Assembly: GCA_040954595.2 (NCBI GenBank)
Contig: CM082596.2
Coordinates: 1,269,854-1,333,853, forward strand
Direction: 5' to 3'
From: Balanoglossus misakiensis
Taxonomy: Eukaryota > Animalia > Hemichordata
DNA length: 64,000 nucleotides
The position numbers were made by a program, and so were the translations under genes. Below, piece after piece: positions 14,694 through 27,102 of the stretch. How positions within the stretch are numbered: position 1 is the first letter of the stretch; each line of letters starts with the position of its first letter. Under the pieces are notes generated by a model. The model worked only from the letters and a program-made list of their open reading frames with translations. It was not told where the DNA came from and searched no databases.

Positions 14694-17600
14694 TAAACCA
14701 AGCTAAAATCTTTTTCCATTACCGTTCACAGGTGACCATCTAACACCAGGAGATGAAATTGAGTCCCGAATTCTACACACTATGTAATTTCAAGGTATTC
14801 TGAGCACGCAATGGTTGCGGCATTCAAAGCTTGTCAACCAATCACAGTACATGGAGTGGACCACACAATATAGAGCAATGGGTCAACACTTCCAAATCTA
14901 CTGTGTTTCAGCGAAAGCTGTAAACACATCTGAGTATCCACTGTACGACCCATCTCACCGTTTCAACTCCACTACAAACTATAAAGTGGAAATTCAAGAG
15001 ATCGACTAAGTGTCCGACCGGGGTCTAAACACGATGCCAAAACAACGAAATGGAATTCTGAAACTCTTTCACAAACTTTATCGCGCTAGTTGACACAATC
15101 AATTCTGGCTGGATTCACTTGACTCCCATGATCCATACATAAAGTTGGAGAAAGTCACTTTCCAGAGCCTGGCTTAAAGTTGCCATGACAACAACCCAAT
15201 GACTATAGGGCCCCTGTTGGTCGATGTTTACACCAAATATACACAATGGTTCTAATTCATAAATACAATCTTTTCTCCTGCACATGCCTGTGCACTCACT
15301 GCAAAATGTTGATGTCTATCAGTAGATGTACCAAAATCATCATAGTTCAAATTTCAACCTTAAATTATCCACTCGGTCACTGAATGATTCAAGTTTCTGC
15401 GAAGAAGCCAACATCTGAAATGCGCTTATAAAAAGGTGGGTGGATAGTTTGCTTGCAGTCAGTGTGTGTGTGTGTGCACAAATTCTGTACATACCAGAGA
15501 ACGTCTTGGGTTTCAACTGGTTAAACTCAGCCAAGGGCAAATACCCTCCCCATGCAGCCTTGGTGAAAAACTTTTGCCGGCGATTTCCGTTCGGTTTTCC
15601 GAGCCAAAGAAGATTGTCCGACAGGCAAACTGTGGCTTCAGACAGACTTCCACATTCCTTCCCAGCTCTACCTGTGTCTTATATTCCTTGCGACCGAAAT
15701 CCGGGATTAGATTTCATCCAGCATCACCCAGTATCTGGCAGCGGCTGTTCTATTCGTTCAATACACTCCCTCTGTACGTCTCCTCGTACTTGATATGCGA
15801 CACCTTTCTGTAAACAGCGCCTTTTTTTAGCAATTCAAATGAAGATCTCCAGGCCCCTTACGCGCATTGATTCCGGCCAATCCCAAGTGACCTTGGCTCA
15901 GTGTGATTGTCCCAGATGATCACAATGTTAGGTGAAATCAATGCCGGGTACGGGACAGCTTAATCGAAAAAATTCATGAACCTCTTTCAGCTCTGTCGAA
16001 CCTGCATTTGCTTTCGTATTTCCATGTTTAGCTTTAGATCATCAGCTTGTTGTAACATTATAGCTGCCTATGAGTTAAGCCAGCTACAGAATACCAGGAC
16101 TCATTTGAAACTAGAGATGATTGCTTCAAAAGTCAGCATTAAGTTTTGCAGAGCACTAAGTTGTTTAGATATTTAAAATATCAACCGAAAACAATATCAA
16201 ACACTATATGGATGCACATACTTTTCTGACTATTACCAATTTACCCTCATCTTGGAATCTGAAACTCGTATATTATTTGAATCAGACTCTGAAAAGAAAA
16301 TATCCAAATCTCAGTCTTATTGGAACACCATTATTTGCTTAATTTGCTGGTGATGGTAATTGCCAATTAAAGCCCTAGAGACTTTTGTGGTGGAAATCAG
16401 GGTTAATTGGCATCACATTGTTTTGAGAAGCTTTCCACTCAATTAAAATGCAAATAAGGTTTGTGGCAACTTGAAAGACAGACGAGAACGCAAACAACTA
16501 ATTAAGATAAGGCAAACATAAGTCACTGTAAGTATGTCATTATCTGTGCTGAGTGCATTGTAAATCATTGGAGTAGACTGTGATGTACTTGGTATTATCT
16601 CTGTCTGGATCTCTTTTGACATTTACTTGACATTTGTCACTTGTACAGAACATGACAGGCCAACTCAAGCAGAATTTGTAGTCACAGAACTATTTGAATG
16701 CCTTTGGTTAGTCTGATTGTTGTTAGCTATTTCTCTTTAATCAAACAATAAGGCCCAGTCAACAGAAAACACACTATGTGTCCGCATCTCTGAACACACA
16801 GATCATTGAACAATTTATGATCAGTAAAGATTACATTCAACTGGTGAAAATTCACTATGATTTTGTCAAATAAATTTCTTCTCTTCTGCAACTAGCTAGC
16901 TCTCAGTGAGTAATATTCATAACACCACTCCTCCCAGACTGAGACAAGTGCCCTCTATCGTCAATACACAAACAACATTTGTTTTTACATACTAAACTTC
17001 TCTGCAAGTCAACTAATCAATACCTTGATATGACAGTCATTCGCATCAAATAATGTCTTACCAATTTTCAATGAAGTAATGAAACATAAAAGTACTGGAC
17101 GCAAGTCTTTTCAAAAAGCTTTCCATCAAACTCTGACCCAGAATGTAGAATGTACTCTGAATTCAATGAAACCTGACACACAAAAATCATCATCAGAGAA
17201 AGGGCAGGGTTGTCACATTCTAAATCTATTTTAATCACCAAGTACAGTATGACACACGTACGGGCCACCAAAGGCCAATTTTTGACATAATATATTATTT
17301 GTAACATCTACAGCAGAATGGGGACAGTGTGGAGTGACTGTGATATTTCCTAAATCCACAGACACAAGAAAAAACTCTCTGGTGTCTACGTTCTGTCTTT
17401 TGACCCAAAAATGTTTTTAAACGAATAAAAGTAGAGACAGCTGCTTCAACATTTTTGTCAGGAATGCAGTTCCCATAGAGAGATCTGTTCCCTGTGAGAA
17501 TCTTGTCAGAATGCAATACCCATTTCACACTCAGAGTCGGGAGGTTACAGAGCAAACTGTGAGAGTCATTTGAATGAGTGGACATCTTCACAGATATTGA

Positions 17601-18630
17601 TGTGTTTTCCACGTATCTGCAGCTGTCGGTGACTGTTTAACGTGCCACGGCTAACAACTTCCTATTTAGTCAACTAGTGAAGGGGATGTGACTTTATATG
17701 ATCTGTGAGAGTGGTTTCACAATCTGTGTGATTATTTCTATATTATATAAAATTAAAAGGAAATCACATCAAAATTGTTTGCGTAAAATATTATATAGTT
17801 GATGGGTTTCATATGATTTTTGACATCTTTCTGGCCTTGTATGCAAGATTAGAGATCTCAAATTACATAAGATAAATTCTGAGCAAGAGTTCTACATCTG
17901 ACTAAAAGCTGGGACGATGTAGGTTACTTTAATCGGGCATGGTCAGGCAATGGTCTGACAGTTTTGACACAAAACAGACTCCTGGTGACTTTGGAAACAT
18001 TGGCTTAAGTCCAAACTTTGAGAGCTGTTTTGATTACTCTAACAGATAGGACTGTTTTCTTGAAAGTGAACTGTGCAAAAATAGTTGTATGCTTCTGCTG
18101 ATCGTATTCCTGGTTCCCCTTTAAACTGAGCTGTTCCTCGATAAACATTTCTGAAACAATGGTGTCCTGGGGACATAAATTACTCAATATGAAGATGGAG
18201 GGATATTACTTAATTAGATTAGGGAACTAAAAGTAATGAATATTTGTAAATGGGGCACAGCACTGGAATACTAATTGTAAATGTGATCATGCAGAGAATG
18301 TATGTGTCACTGGGGTATAACTGTTCAAACAAAGTCCATCGCCTGTTTTTGATCCTGTGATGTTATCACATGCAATGAAGTTGACAAGAACCTGATTTCT
18401 ATGAGATAACGCAGAGCTCTGATTTGGTTGGGTTTAATCTGAAAAAATCATCATCTAGGTGTCAAACTTGATGACTTTTATCTCTAGCATGTGCAGCCAA
18501 TAATGAAATATCTGATTTCTTAACAGATAGAGATGCAATGCCTGTCATAAACCTGCAATAAATATTACTGATGCTGTTATCTTTCAGTTGTATTAAACAC
18601 AGTTGACCCTAGAGGAAACTCGATACAAAC

Positions 18631-18657
18631 CTTCTTGTCTGACATACATAACCCCAT
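18631..18657 (-). CDS. Candidate alternative first coding mini-exon MGLCMSDKK (N-myristoylation/palmitoylation-type N-terminus)
   Basis: Start context aaaaacATGG and an MGxCxS motif. Donor AAG|GTTTGT is phase 0. A competing donor T|GTATGT at 18647 would give only MGL (phase 1). Confidence 0.35.
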
Positions 18658-21600
18658 GTTTTTCTGCGTTGATGGTCAAAAAGATTCCTATTCCGTGAGT
18701 TTCATCCTTGGAAATCTCTGTCCTGCCCTTGCCGGCTGTAATCCTTCTGTGGCAATCAATCCATCCCACAAATGACCTCAAAGATGATCCAGAGCTGTGA
18801 TGGTGACTGAGCCTGTCCTCTCCAGGTCACACAGACACACACAAGTTCACAACTGTTTTTGTAAACACGATCCTGTCCGGACTGTCACAACTCACCACTT
18901 GATTACAGAAATGACAAGCTGTCGATCCGTCCATAAATAAAAGTGCCTGGAGAGTCAGACACCGTCTGATTTACGATGGAATTATTCGAGTAACTGATCT
19001 TTGCGACCACAAAGATGTACCATTAAGAACAAGATGTGGAAACAGCTGTCATATTCAGTATTAGATGTTCAACTGAGTGGAGTTCGTAGACCCTATGAAT
19101 ACTTGACCATAAATGTACGAATTCCACAGATGGTGATAAGATTTCACAGCTTCAGGCAGCAATAACAGATACTGCGGCTAACCTCAGGCACATGGCCACA
19201 ACTTGTGGTACGCTCAACTACTTGGGCCACACACAGTTAACATTCTGTTTAACAGTTCATCAGCACAGCATGATCATATCTTAGGAAAAGAAGCACTTTG
19301 TTAAAAAATATCAGGCTCTAGTGCATCATTTCTCTGCTGATTTCTGGTCACTGTAAATTTACAAAACAGACCCAAGAGAAACTGGCATCCATATATTGAA
19401 CATTCGTTAACAAATTTCTTATAAGTAACAAATGTAACACTGGTATGGCCTGCAGGATAATTGTGAATTGTTGAGATGTTATGACTGTATGGATATAATT
19501 GCAACAAGATTCATTACCTTCCGTTGCTGTGAGTTTTACATTGCCCGCTAACCACACTACATTAAATGCTTCAGAGTGATTCTCAATTTCACAACAATTT
19601 AAGCTGTCAAATCATCTGCAACATCACGTTACATATTTCATTTGACTCGCATTGATGCATTAACCATTAGGGATTACGCAGTCAGCAGCTGCTGCAAAGT
19701 GTCTCGTATGAAAATGGATCTATATGATGCACCTGTGGGTGACTGACTAAATTAACTTGATGGATTTGATGAACTACCACCGGAGAAATGATTATAACAT
19801 TTTGGTCAAACTATGAGTTACAGTTTGACAATTGGATGACTACCGTACAGTACGTCGTGGTTGGTTTTGGCCATATGTACAGTGGTGACTGGGGTGGTGT
19901 AGAATGGATGAAGAGTGGATGACTGGGTCTTATATGAGGTTGCCAATAGTCAAAGAAGTTGATGCTTTCAATACAAGTATTCTCAAATGACACCAATACA
20001 CGTAGTTCATACCATGACAATGTGACAGGAGGGTAACAGTAGGAGGGAAATTTTGTTTAATGACAAAAAAAACAAGAAGGTCTTGAGCTTTGACCTGACC
20101 TGGATTAACATCACTTTTAATAGTCGTCAAGAAATTCCTCTAGAGCATCCGACCAAAGTATTAACAAACATCATTCTCATATTGAGATTCTCAAATGCTG
20201 AGATTCTCAGAAGGGCCACTAATTCCTCTACTTCCAATCTGCCACTGGTGAATCAAAATAACCCTTTTCAATCAAATTCACGTTCAGCCTCGTACCATCC
20301 ACGTGCCAACTGATAAACCAGTTCTCAGGTTTCCTGACTGGAATCCAGGTCGACCAACATTATCGCTCAAATTTTGATAACCACAGTCAGAAACTGATTA
20401 ACTCTTTAATAGGGTCCAGCATGTCCTCCACTTATCACAAGACCAGGTCATCACCAACAGAGACTGTTCCATATTTCCACTTGGTTGATTTTTCATGTCC
20501 TCTCTGGTCGTCGAGGGGTCATTTTTGGTGCAAACTTTGCCTATAACTTTTTAAACTCCTGGCAACCCATGACTTCCTTATGCGTGATGTGTACACAATG
20601 AAGATTGATTTACAATCACCTACAAAACATCCTTGGGTGACAAAATTTTACACCTATAACTATAAATGTGAGAAGTGTTTTGTGACTGCAAAGTCCAACT
20701 GAAGTCTCTTTCAAACAGATCATGATTTAAGGCTTTAGCTCATGAACTGCAGCCTGTAAAAATTTATAGGAGGCTGTCAACCATACGATGTTTACTTTGT
20801 CAAAAACCTGAAACCTGAATGTTCTAAACTTGTATATTTTTATGTCAACATCAGTCACAGCCTGGACACTGTATTTCATTAACAGGATTGCAAAAATGTT
20901 TTGTATTTATTGGTTGATTTCAGCATAGATCTGCCATTCTGTAGACACCCTCCCTCTGTGACAAAAAGACGTAAAATCTAATATATGCTTATTTTACAGA
21001 GGCTTAACCTGGGTTTTACTGATGTCTTTGCTTGTTTAAGAATGATCAGTAATAGACAGAATATTTGATTTAGACTTTGAGGGCGCTGATTCGTTTGTTG
21101 ACATGGTGGTTGTCCTGAGCTCAACGAGGACAGACAACAACTTTTGATGGCATATGACTAAATAAATCAAGTTCTTATCACCTTTCTGAAGTATTTCTCT
21201 TGTATGACAGGAAAGCTATTGCCTTTCCAAAACTATAGCAGGTGTGCTCATTGATATTTCAAGATAGATGTTTTCTACGCAGATACTTGACATTACCCAT
21301 AAATATAATTCCGATGTTGCTATGGCGATTTTCAAATCCTCTCTCTCACATGCTGTAAAGGCAGAGTATAAATCTTCATAATCCAGATGGCTGTTTATTT
21401 TATTTTTTGGTAATTAAACATTTAGGTCAGGTCTTAAAATTATGTGGAAGTTTGTCAGATGTCAATTGTGGCACTTTTGGCAGAAGTGCAGCCCTAGATT
21501 GCTTAAACACATTCATGAAATTCATGGAACTTTTAAAGAATGCTTGATGTGGTTTTAACCTCTGATACTTCATTACCATACTTCAGTTGTTGCCAACAGC

Positions 21601-23150
21601 AACGCTGAATTGATTTGAGAATCGTTCCCAAAAGAATACAGTACCTCGGAAGGCAAGGGAAAAGGAATCTTGGGAGACTAATTTAAAATAAAAAATTACC
21701 ATTTCCTCTTGCGTTGATGACACTAAAAGTCAGTCTGATTTCCCCAGTCAATCCCTTTCAATAACAAGTCGTACTTGACTAATATAGTAGGCAAAAATGT
21801 TCGGACTGCTTATGAGTAACAAATTAATTAAAATACTTATTTTTAGAGTGATATGAAGATAACTCTTGCATACAAACGCTACACAGATGACAAGCACATC
21901 ATGTCCATTGCAGGAGAATGTTACATTTCATATTTTCTTACAAGTGAGTAGGAACTAGACAGTTCAAATTTGTTGACATGGTAATGAAATCGTTGTGAGG
22001 AGGAAAAATAAAATATACGACATGTGAACTAACTGGCGACAGAAAAGCAATTTTTTTATAGTGTCTGCTGAATATTTATGGGATGTGGTACACCGAATCT
22101 GACATGTGGGACTTCCTCTGACATCTAAGAGCTGTATAACATGGACAGAAGTATGAATTTTACATAGTAATGTGCACCTGAACTAAAGCCAACATCTCTT
22201 CCTGTCTTGAAGAGTAAATACTTCAACTTGATGAAAGGAAATGATTTTACTGTTACAGTACTAAGATTTTACCTTCACGTTGTGTGGAACACCAATTGAA
22301 TCAAACTCAATGGGCACATTCCTCCTTTTGTAATTCTTTACAGTTACCGGTAACATTCAAGACAATCTCCCATGAGAATACTTGAAACCAGTGGTCTGTC
22401 TCTCAATCAACTCCCTTATGGTCCATCAAACCACGCTTCATTACAAATTGCGATTCCCAGGCTAAGTCATTCCTTTCTTACCATTTCTGTATTGAACACA
22501 AACTGGGTTGAATCGATATGCAAATGACTTTGACAATTCCAAGTAGCCCCTTCGTGCATGGTATATGATCAACTTTTTAATCGACTGAATCTTGGAATTG
22601 AAGAGATGTACACTTTACAAACTATTGAAACATGACAACTTAAACAGTTTTCTGCTGGGTATCATCCATATCATATGGTGACGTCTACAGAAAGGAGAGA
22701 TGTCTTTTATACATTCATGGAAAAAATGAAGTTTCTTGTACAATGTAGTAAGCTTTCTAACCTTCAATTAACACTGCAACTAATTGGCTTCACAATACAC
22801 CGTAGTTCAAAATCAGTCTGTGAATATCAACCGAGATATTTGTGGCCTCGGTGAGGAGTTTTACAAAGGTATCTTTTGACGGGACCAGGCAATTAGGGCT
22901 GCTTGTAAAGAAAGTGATTTGAAAAGCTATCTTCAGGGTAAGTAATTGAAGCATCTCACTTCATTAGTTGGGTTCAAATAGGACAGTTTACGTCAGCCTG
23001 TGGTGTAAATTGATTGGCTAGAAAGAGTAAGCATGGACGAATGTTCAGGCCAATTGTATGTGCCAGAACTTAGTCCACTACACCAAGCTGGCCAATTTCG
23101 GTTTTTAATGCCATTTGTGGCAGGTACTGATCATTGATTATTCAGCATAA

Positions 23151-23236
23151 GTTCACCCCCAGTTTCCTCTTTTGAGGTCCAACTCTACCATAGGAAACAA
23201 TGGATTTGGACTGAACCACGGTAATGAAAGGGTTAA
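23151..23236 (-). mobile_element. Copy of a ~90-bp dispersed repeat ending in GGGTTAA (MITE-like)
   Basis: Its reverse complement (ttaaccctttc...gtggttcagtccaaatccattgtttcctatggtagagttggacct...gaggaaactgggggtga) aligns by eye with 61003-61094. Confidence 0.7.
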
Positions 23237-26200
23237 AAGACACCAGCCTGGCTGTTATAGAACCAGCGCATCAAAACAGCAGATTACATCAAATGAGGTG
23301 TCCATGTTAATTGAAACAAGTCATGCATTGTAATGACTGTAATCTACATTCGTAATTGTTGTAGATGGTTTGTGTTCAGGAAGTTTAGAATTAGCTTTTG
23401 TTAACATGTCATTCCGACCACTTAATTTGCATTTAACTGCAGGGAGATTGTCAACATTTTTCTAAAAAGTCACAATTTGTCAATCACTGTCAATGCACAA
23501 GGAAAACATCACTCAAACTTTGACTGGACGATTTAGTGTCATATAAACAAACTGATCAAAAATAAATAAATCATTGCTGTCAAGACATAAGGTACAATGT
23601 TCTCTACAAATGAAGACAGCAACCTGTTGATTTTAGATTTTATTTAAACACCTTCAGAAGTTTTGAAGACTGACGTTTAATCCTCTGGTATATTCTCATA
23701 GTGGATAGAAAACAGAGAGTTTTAACAACTTGTGATGTTCCAATTCACTGGAACGTTGGGTTAAATCTACATTTTTCACTTGTGGGTGTGAAATAAGTTC
23801 TGGGGGAAAAGACTGCTGCAAGGTACACAGTTCCAGATTGTAAACTTTCGGCCCAAATAACTTTGCAGTCTATTGAGAAAGCAAACAGGGGATTCATGAA
23901 ACACATTTAGGTGTTGAGGGGACGTTTTACTGATTTTGACCTGTTGATATCTGGCATGTATTCACCCAAGCGATTTCAACAGTCAAGAAGCCAGAGAAAG
24001 CTGAAAGGTTAACTGGATTCCTCTGTACAAAGATACAAACCTATAAAATTTGTACATCAAAAGTTCAGCTTTCCATTCCTCCAGCAGCTTACAGAAGTCT
24101 GACAAAAGAACATCTAATTTAAAAGCCTCTGGAGAGTCGTAAACACTTCCTTAGAAGGGAAATCATGAATTTAGTGGTTTTGCACATGCGGGTACAGTCT
24201 TTCTGTGTCATGAACCGACATGGAAATAAAATTTGGCCATTTCTTTCTCTCTCTCACCAACAAGTCGAGTGTGGAGTGCTACTAAGGTTTCCGACAATAC
24301 CCTGGAGTGAAGCAAGTCTATAGAACAGAAATAACACGCATGGCTGAAGAGAACACAACTTTCCACTCAACTTGTTTTGCACAAACTCCACAGCCTTTCA
24401 AGTCTCCACTCCAAAAATTCAGATCACACTCCAAAAAAAACCTGTCCATATCCGAACCGAAGAACCCATCAATGCAAACACACGTAAAAAAAAATTACGT
24501 ACTTACTGTGATTTTTTTTCTTCAGATCTGGCAATCAGAATACACACGTCAAGATTCCGATCACAGTAACGTAGAAAGAGAGGTTGGATCGTCGGATTGC
24601 TACTTTTTAAAGAAGTATTTCCAAAACAAACACCCTTAAGAAGGTGTGCTGGAGATTATTAGAGTCTCGACTGTGTGGATGCTACACGACCGGAATCAAA
24701 GATTACCACCGGATTACATTACAGCCACTCAAACATATTGTGGAAACTGGGTGGAGCTAGAATACTAATTGATTTTATTCATACCTTCAATTATCCTCTG
24801 AAAGGCAATCGAAATCTGCCACAAAACACAAACACGGATTCATTTTGGACTCCTTTTTGACAAGATTAACCCAAGACCACATGTGGTATGTCACAAAGAA
24901 GATCAGGGGTGTGCTTTATCCAGTACGTGAATGTACGTTTTATTTCTTGAATTCCTTGACATCTGAGATCACCAACTCCTGGATGTCAGGTCAGAGGTTA
25001 ACAGACTGCATACGCAATGTGATCTTGTACAAAATCACAAAGGTGCACGTGCATGTATGTATCGTGATGAAAATGATACAGTTCTGATATTAAACTTGCA
25101 AAATTGTCAGCCAATCAAATACGAGCTGGACCAGAATCTCAATATATTATCCACGTACACTTTGAGTAATAACATTTCAAAAGTCATTCGTACAGAACAG
25201 CCCTGGAGGGACAAGAGACCCCAATTTGCAGACAAAACGAACCCTCATGCTGCGACAGTTTGTGAGCATACAATATGTCATCTGGTTAAACTATGCGAAG
25301 TATGTCGTCTTGAGGACAATTTCAGATTTATCACAATCATGAACCTTGTTTTACGACTCCATAAATTTGTACACTAGCCTTCAGACTTTGTAAAAATACC
25401 ACACAAAACGAGAAAATGTCATCTACAATCTTATAAGAGATTCATCAAAACTTGTTACATTTTTGCTTACTTCATATTTCACTTGATACATAACATGCTG
25501 GATATTCCCGTAACAAATAAAAGCCATAGTATTTGATGAAAACATGTATCACAAGTAAAATGATATCCATATGCAAATTATTACCCATCGTTTCTTACAA
25601 TTAAGATTCATGTGGGTATTTCCAACCTCTATTAAAACATATGTAGATATGATTCCAAATAAACTTTGAAACTAAACAGTTCACTGAACAGTTAGTTCAC
25701 AGTATTCCTTTTTACCTTTGACACAAAGACGGGACAAAGTTTTTCACTTTCTGGCTATAGAACAAATAAAAGTTTTCTCCAGACTGCGACAACAGTGAAA
25801 TGATTTTGCCCTATCGAAGACAAGGTCACCTACAGTGGGAGAGATTCAGGTCATTCTAAGGTCATTGTCATTACCAAACCACAATGACAATACTAAGATC
25901 AATCCTCATAAACAAACATGGCATTCCTCATAAAATAAACAGGGTTTTATAGGTGTTACCTGATACCCATGAAACTTTCTGACCTTGGGAAAACGTCATC
26001 AGGGGCCCAACATTTTGGCATTTCACTCTACAGACTTCCTATGCATGCATTCAACCATCAGAATACAACATTAAATTATGCCAAGTCATCAAATATTCAA
26101 ACACATGACTGGTTTCCCATGAAAACAGCCAATATATCAGCCCCGACTGACGTTTTTATTGTCGGAAATGGTCTGGATATCTCAGACAGAATTTCCTTCC

Positions 26201-26988
26201 TTTGGTTTTGTGTGTGTTCCTGCCAATACAGTGTATCTATATCGGCGATGGTGGTAAATGTGGGATAATGTGTCAAATGATATCAGTAACTGGGATTTAT
26301 CAAACACTGATATGGGAATACGGAGAAATTCACGACTGCACTAGGGGATTATGGGATAGATACAGTGTGCCCTCTAAACCCAATATGAGTAAAATTAAGC
26401 AAAAAAATGAATTGTTTCTCCATTTTCAAATCAATCAAAGATGTCAGTCTACAAAAGTGCAATCAATAAAGCATGGATATGAAACAATGAATGGTGAGAG
26501 TTACAAAGAACTTTATGTTTATTGATTTCAAAATTGATTTTCACTTCTCTGCATCTGGATCACTTGAGACAAGTGGCTTCCGCACATATGTCCATCCAAA
26601 AACAACATCTTAAACTTTCATTTTCACTGCCAATCACTGTTCACACTTGTCAGTTTCGTGGGCATTCTTGAAGAGTCTAGTCAATCACTCTCGCTGAGAT
26701 TCAGGTGTTTGAGAAAATGCGACAGGTACATGTGAGAGTCACCACATGAGGGCAGTCAACAGAAATAAACCAATCTTCAGGTACAGGTGCCCAGCAGAGA
26801 AAAGTGTAGTTAGTGGGGTTATATTTCAGAAACTTTATCCCAGTGTAGGATATTTTGGATACTTTTTTGACTGGTATATCTGTTTATGCTTTTGTCCTTT
26901 CTAGTGACGATAACAGCATTAAATTCAACTTGTGGGGCGATCCTGAAAGACTTCTTCCTCAATTTCTATGGTATCACTTTTCAATCAC

Positions 26989-27102
26989 GTTGCTATGGTT
27001 ATAAAATATAGTCATGTTGCTATGGTTACACTTTACTGACAAGGCTTCAGAACAGCCACACATAACCAGATTTCCTGTAACAGGAAGTGAGTGCGCCATT
27101 TT
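26989..27102. promoter_or_regulatory. Promoter/enhancer-like motif cluster: two RFX X-boxes, an inverted ETS pair and a YY1-like site
   Basis: GTTGCTATGGTTAT 26989-27002, GTTGCTATGGTTAC 27016-27029, TTCCTGT-A-ACAGGAAGT 27072-27088, CGCCATTTT 27094-27102. Confidence 0.45.

Noticed and set aside
15340-15813. Overlapping 115-117 aa ORFs in a CpG-rich patch
   Set aside because: They have no domain signal and GTG starts. The minus-strand frame open to the donor at 15494 has no ATG, so the patch is treated as possible UTR/promoter only.
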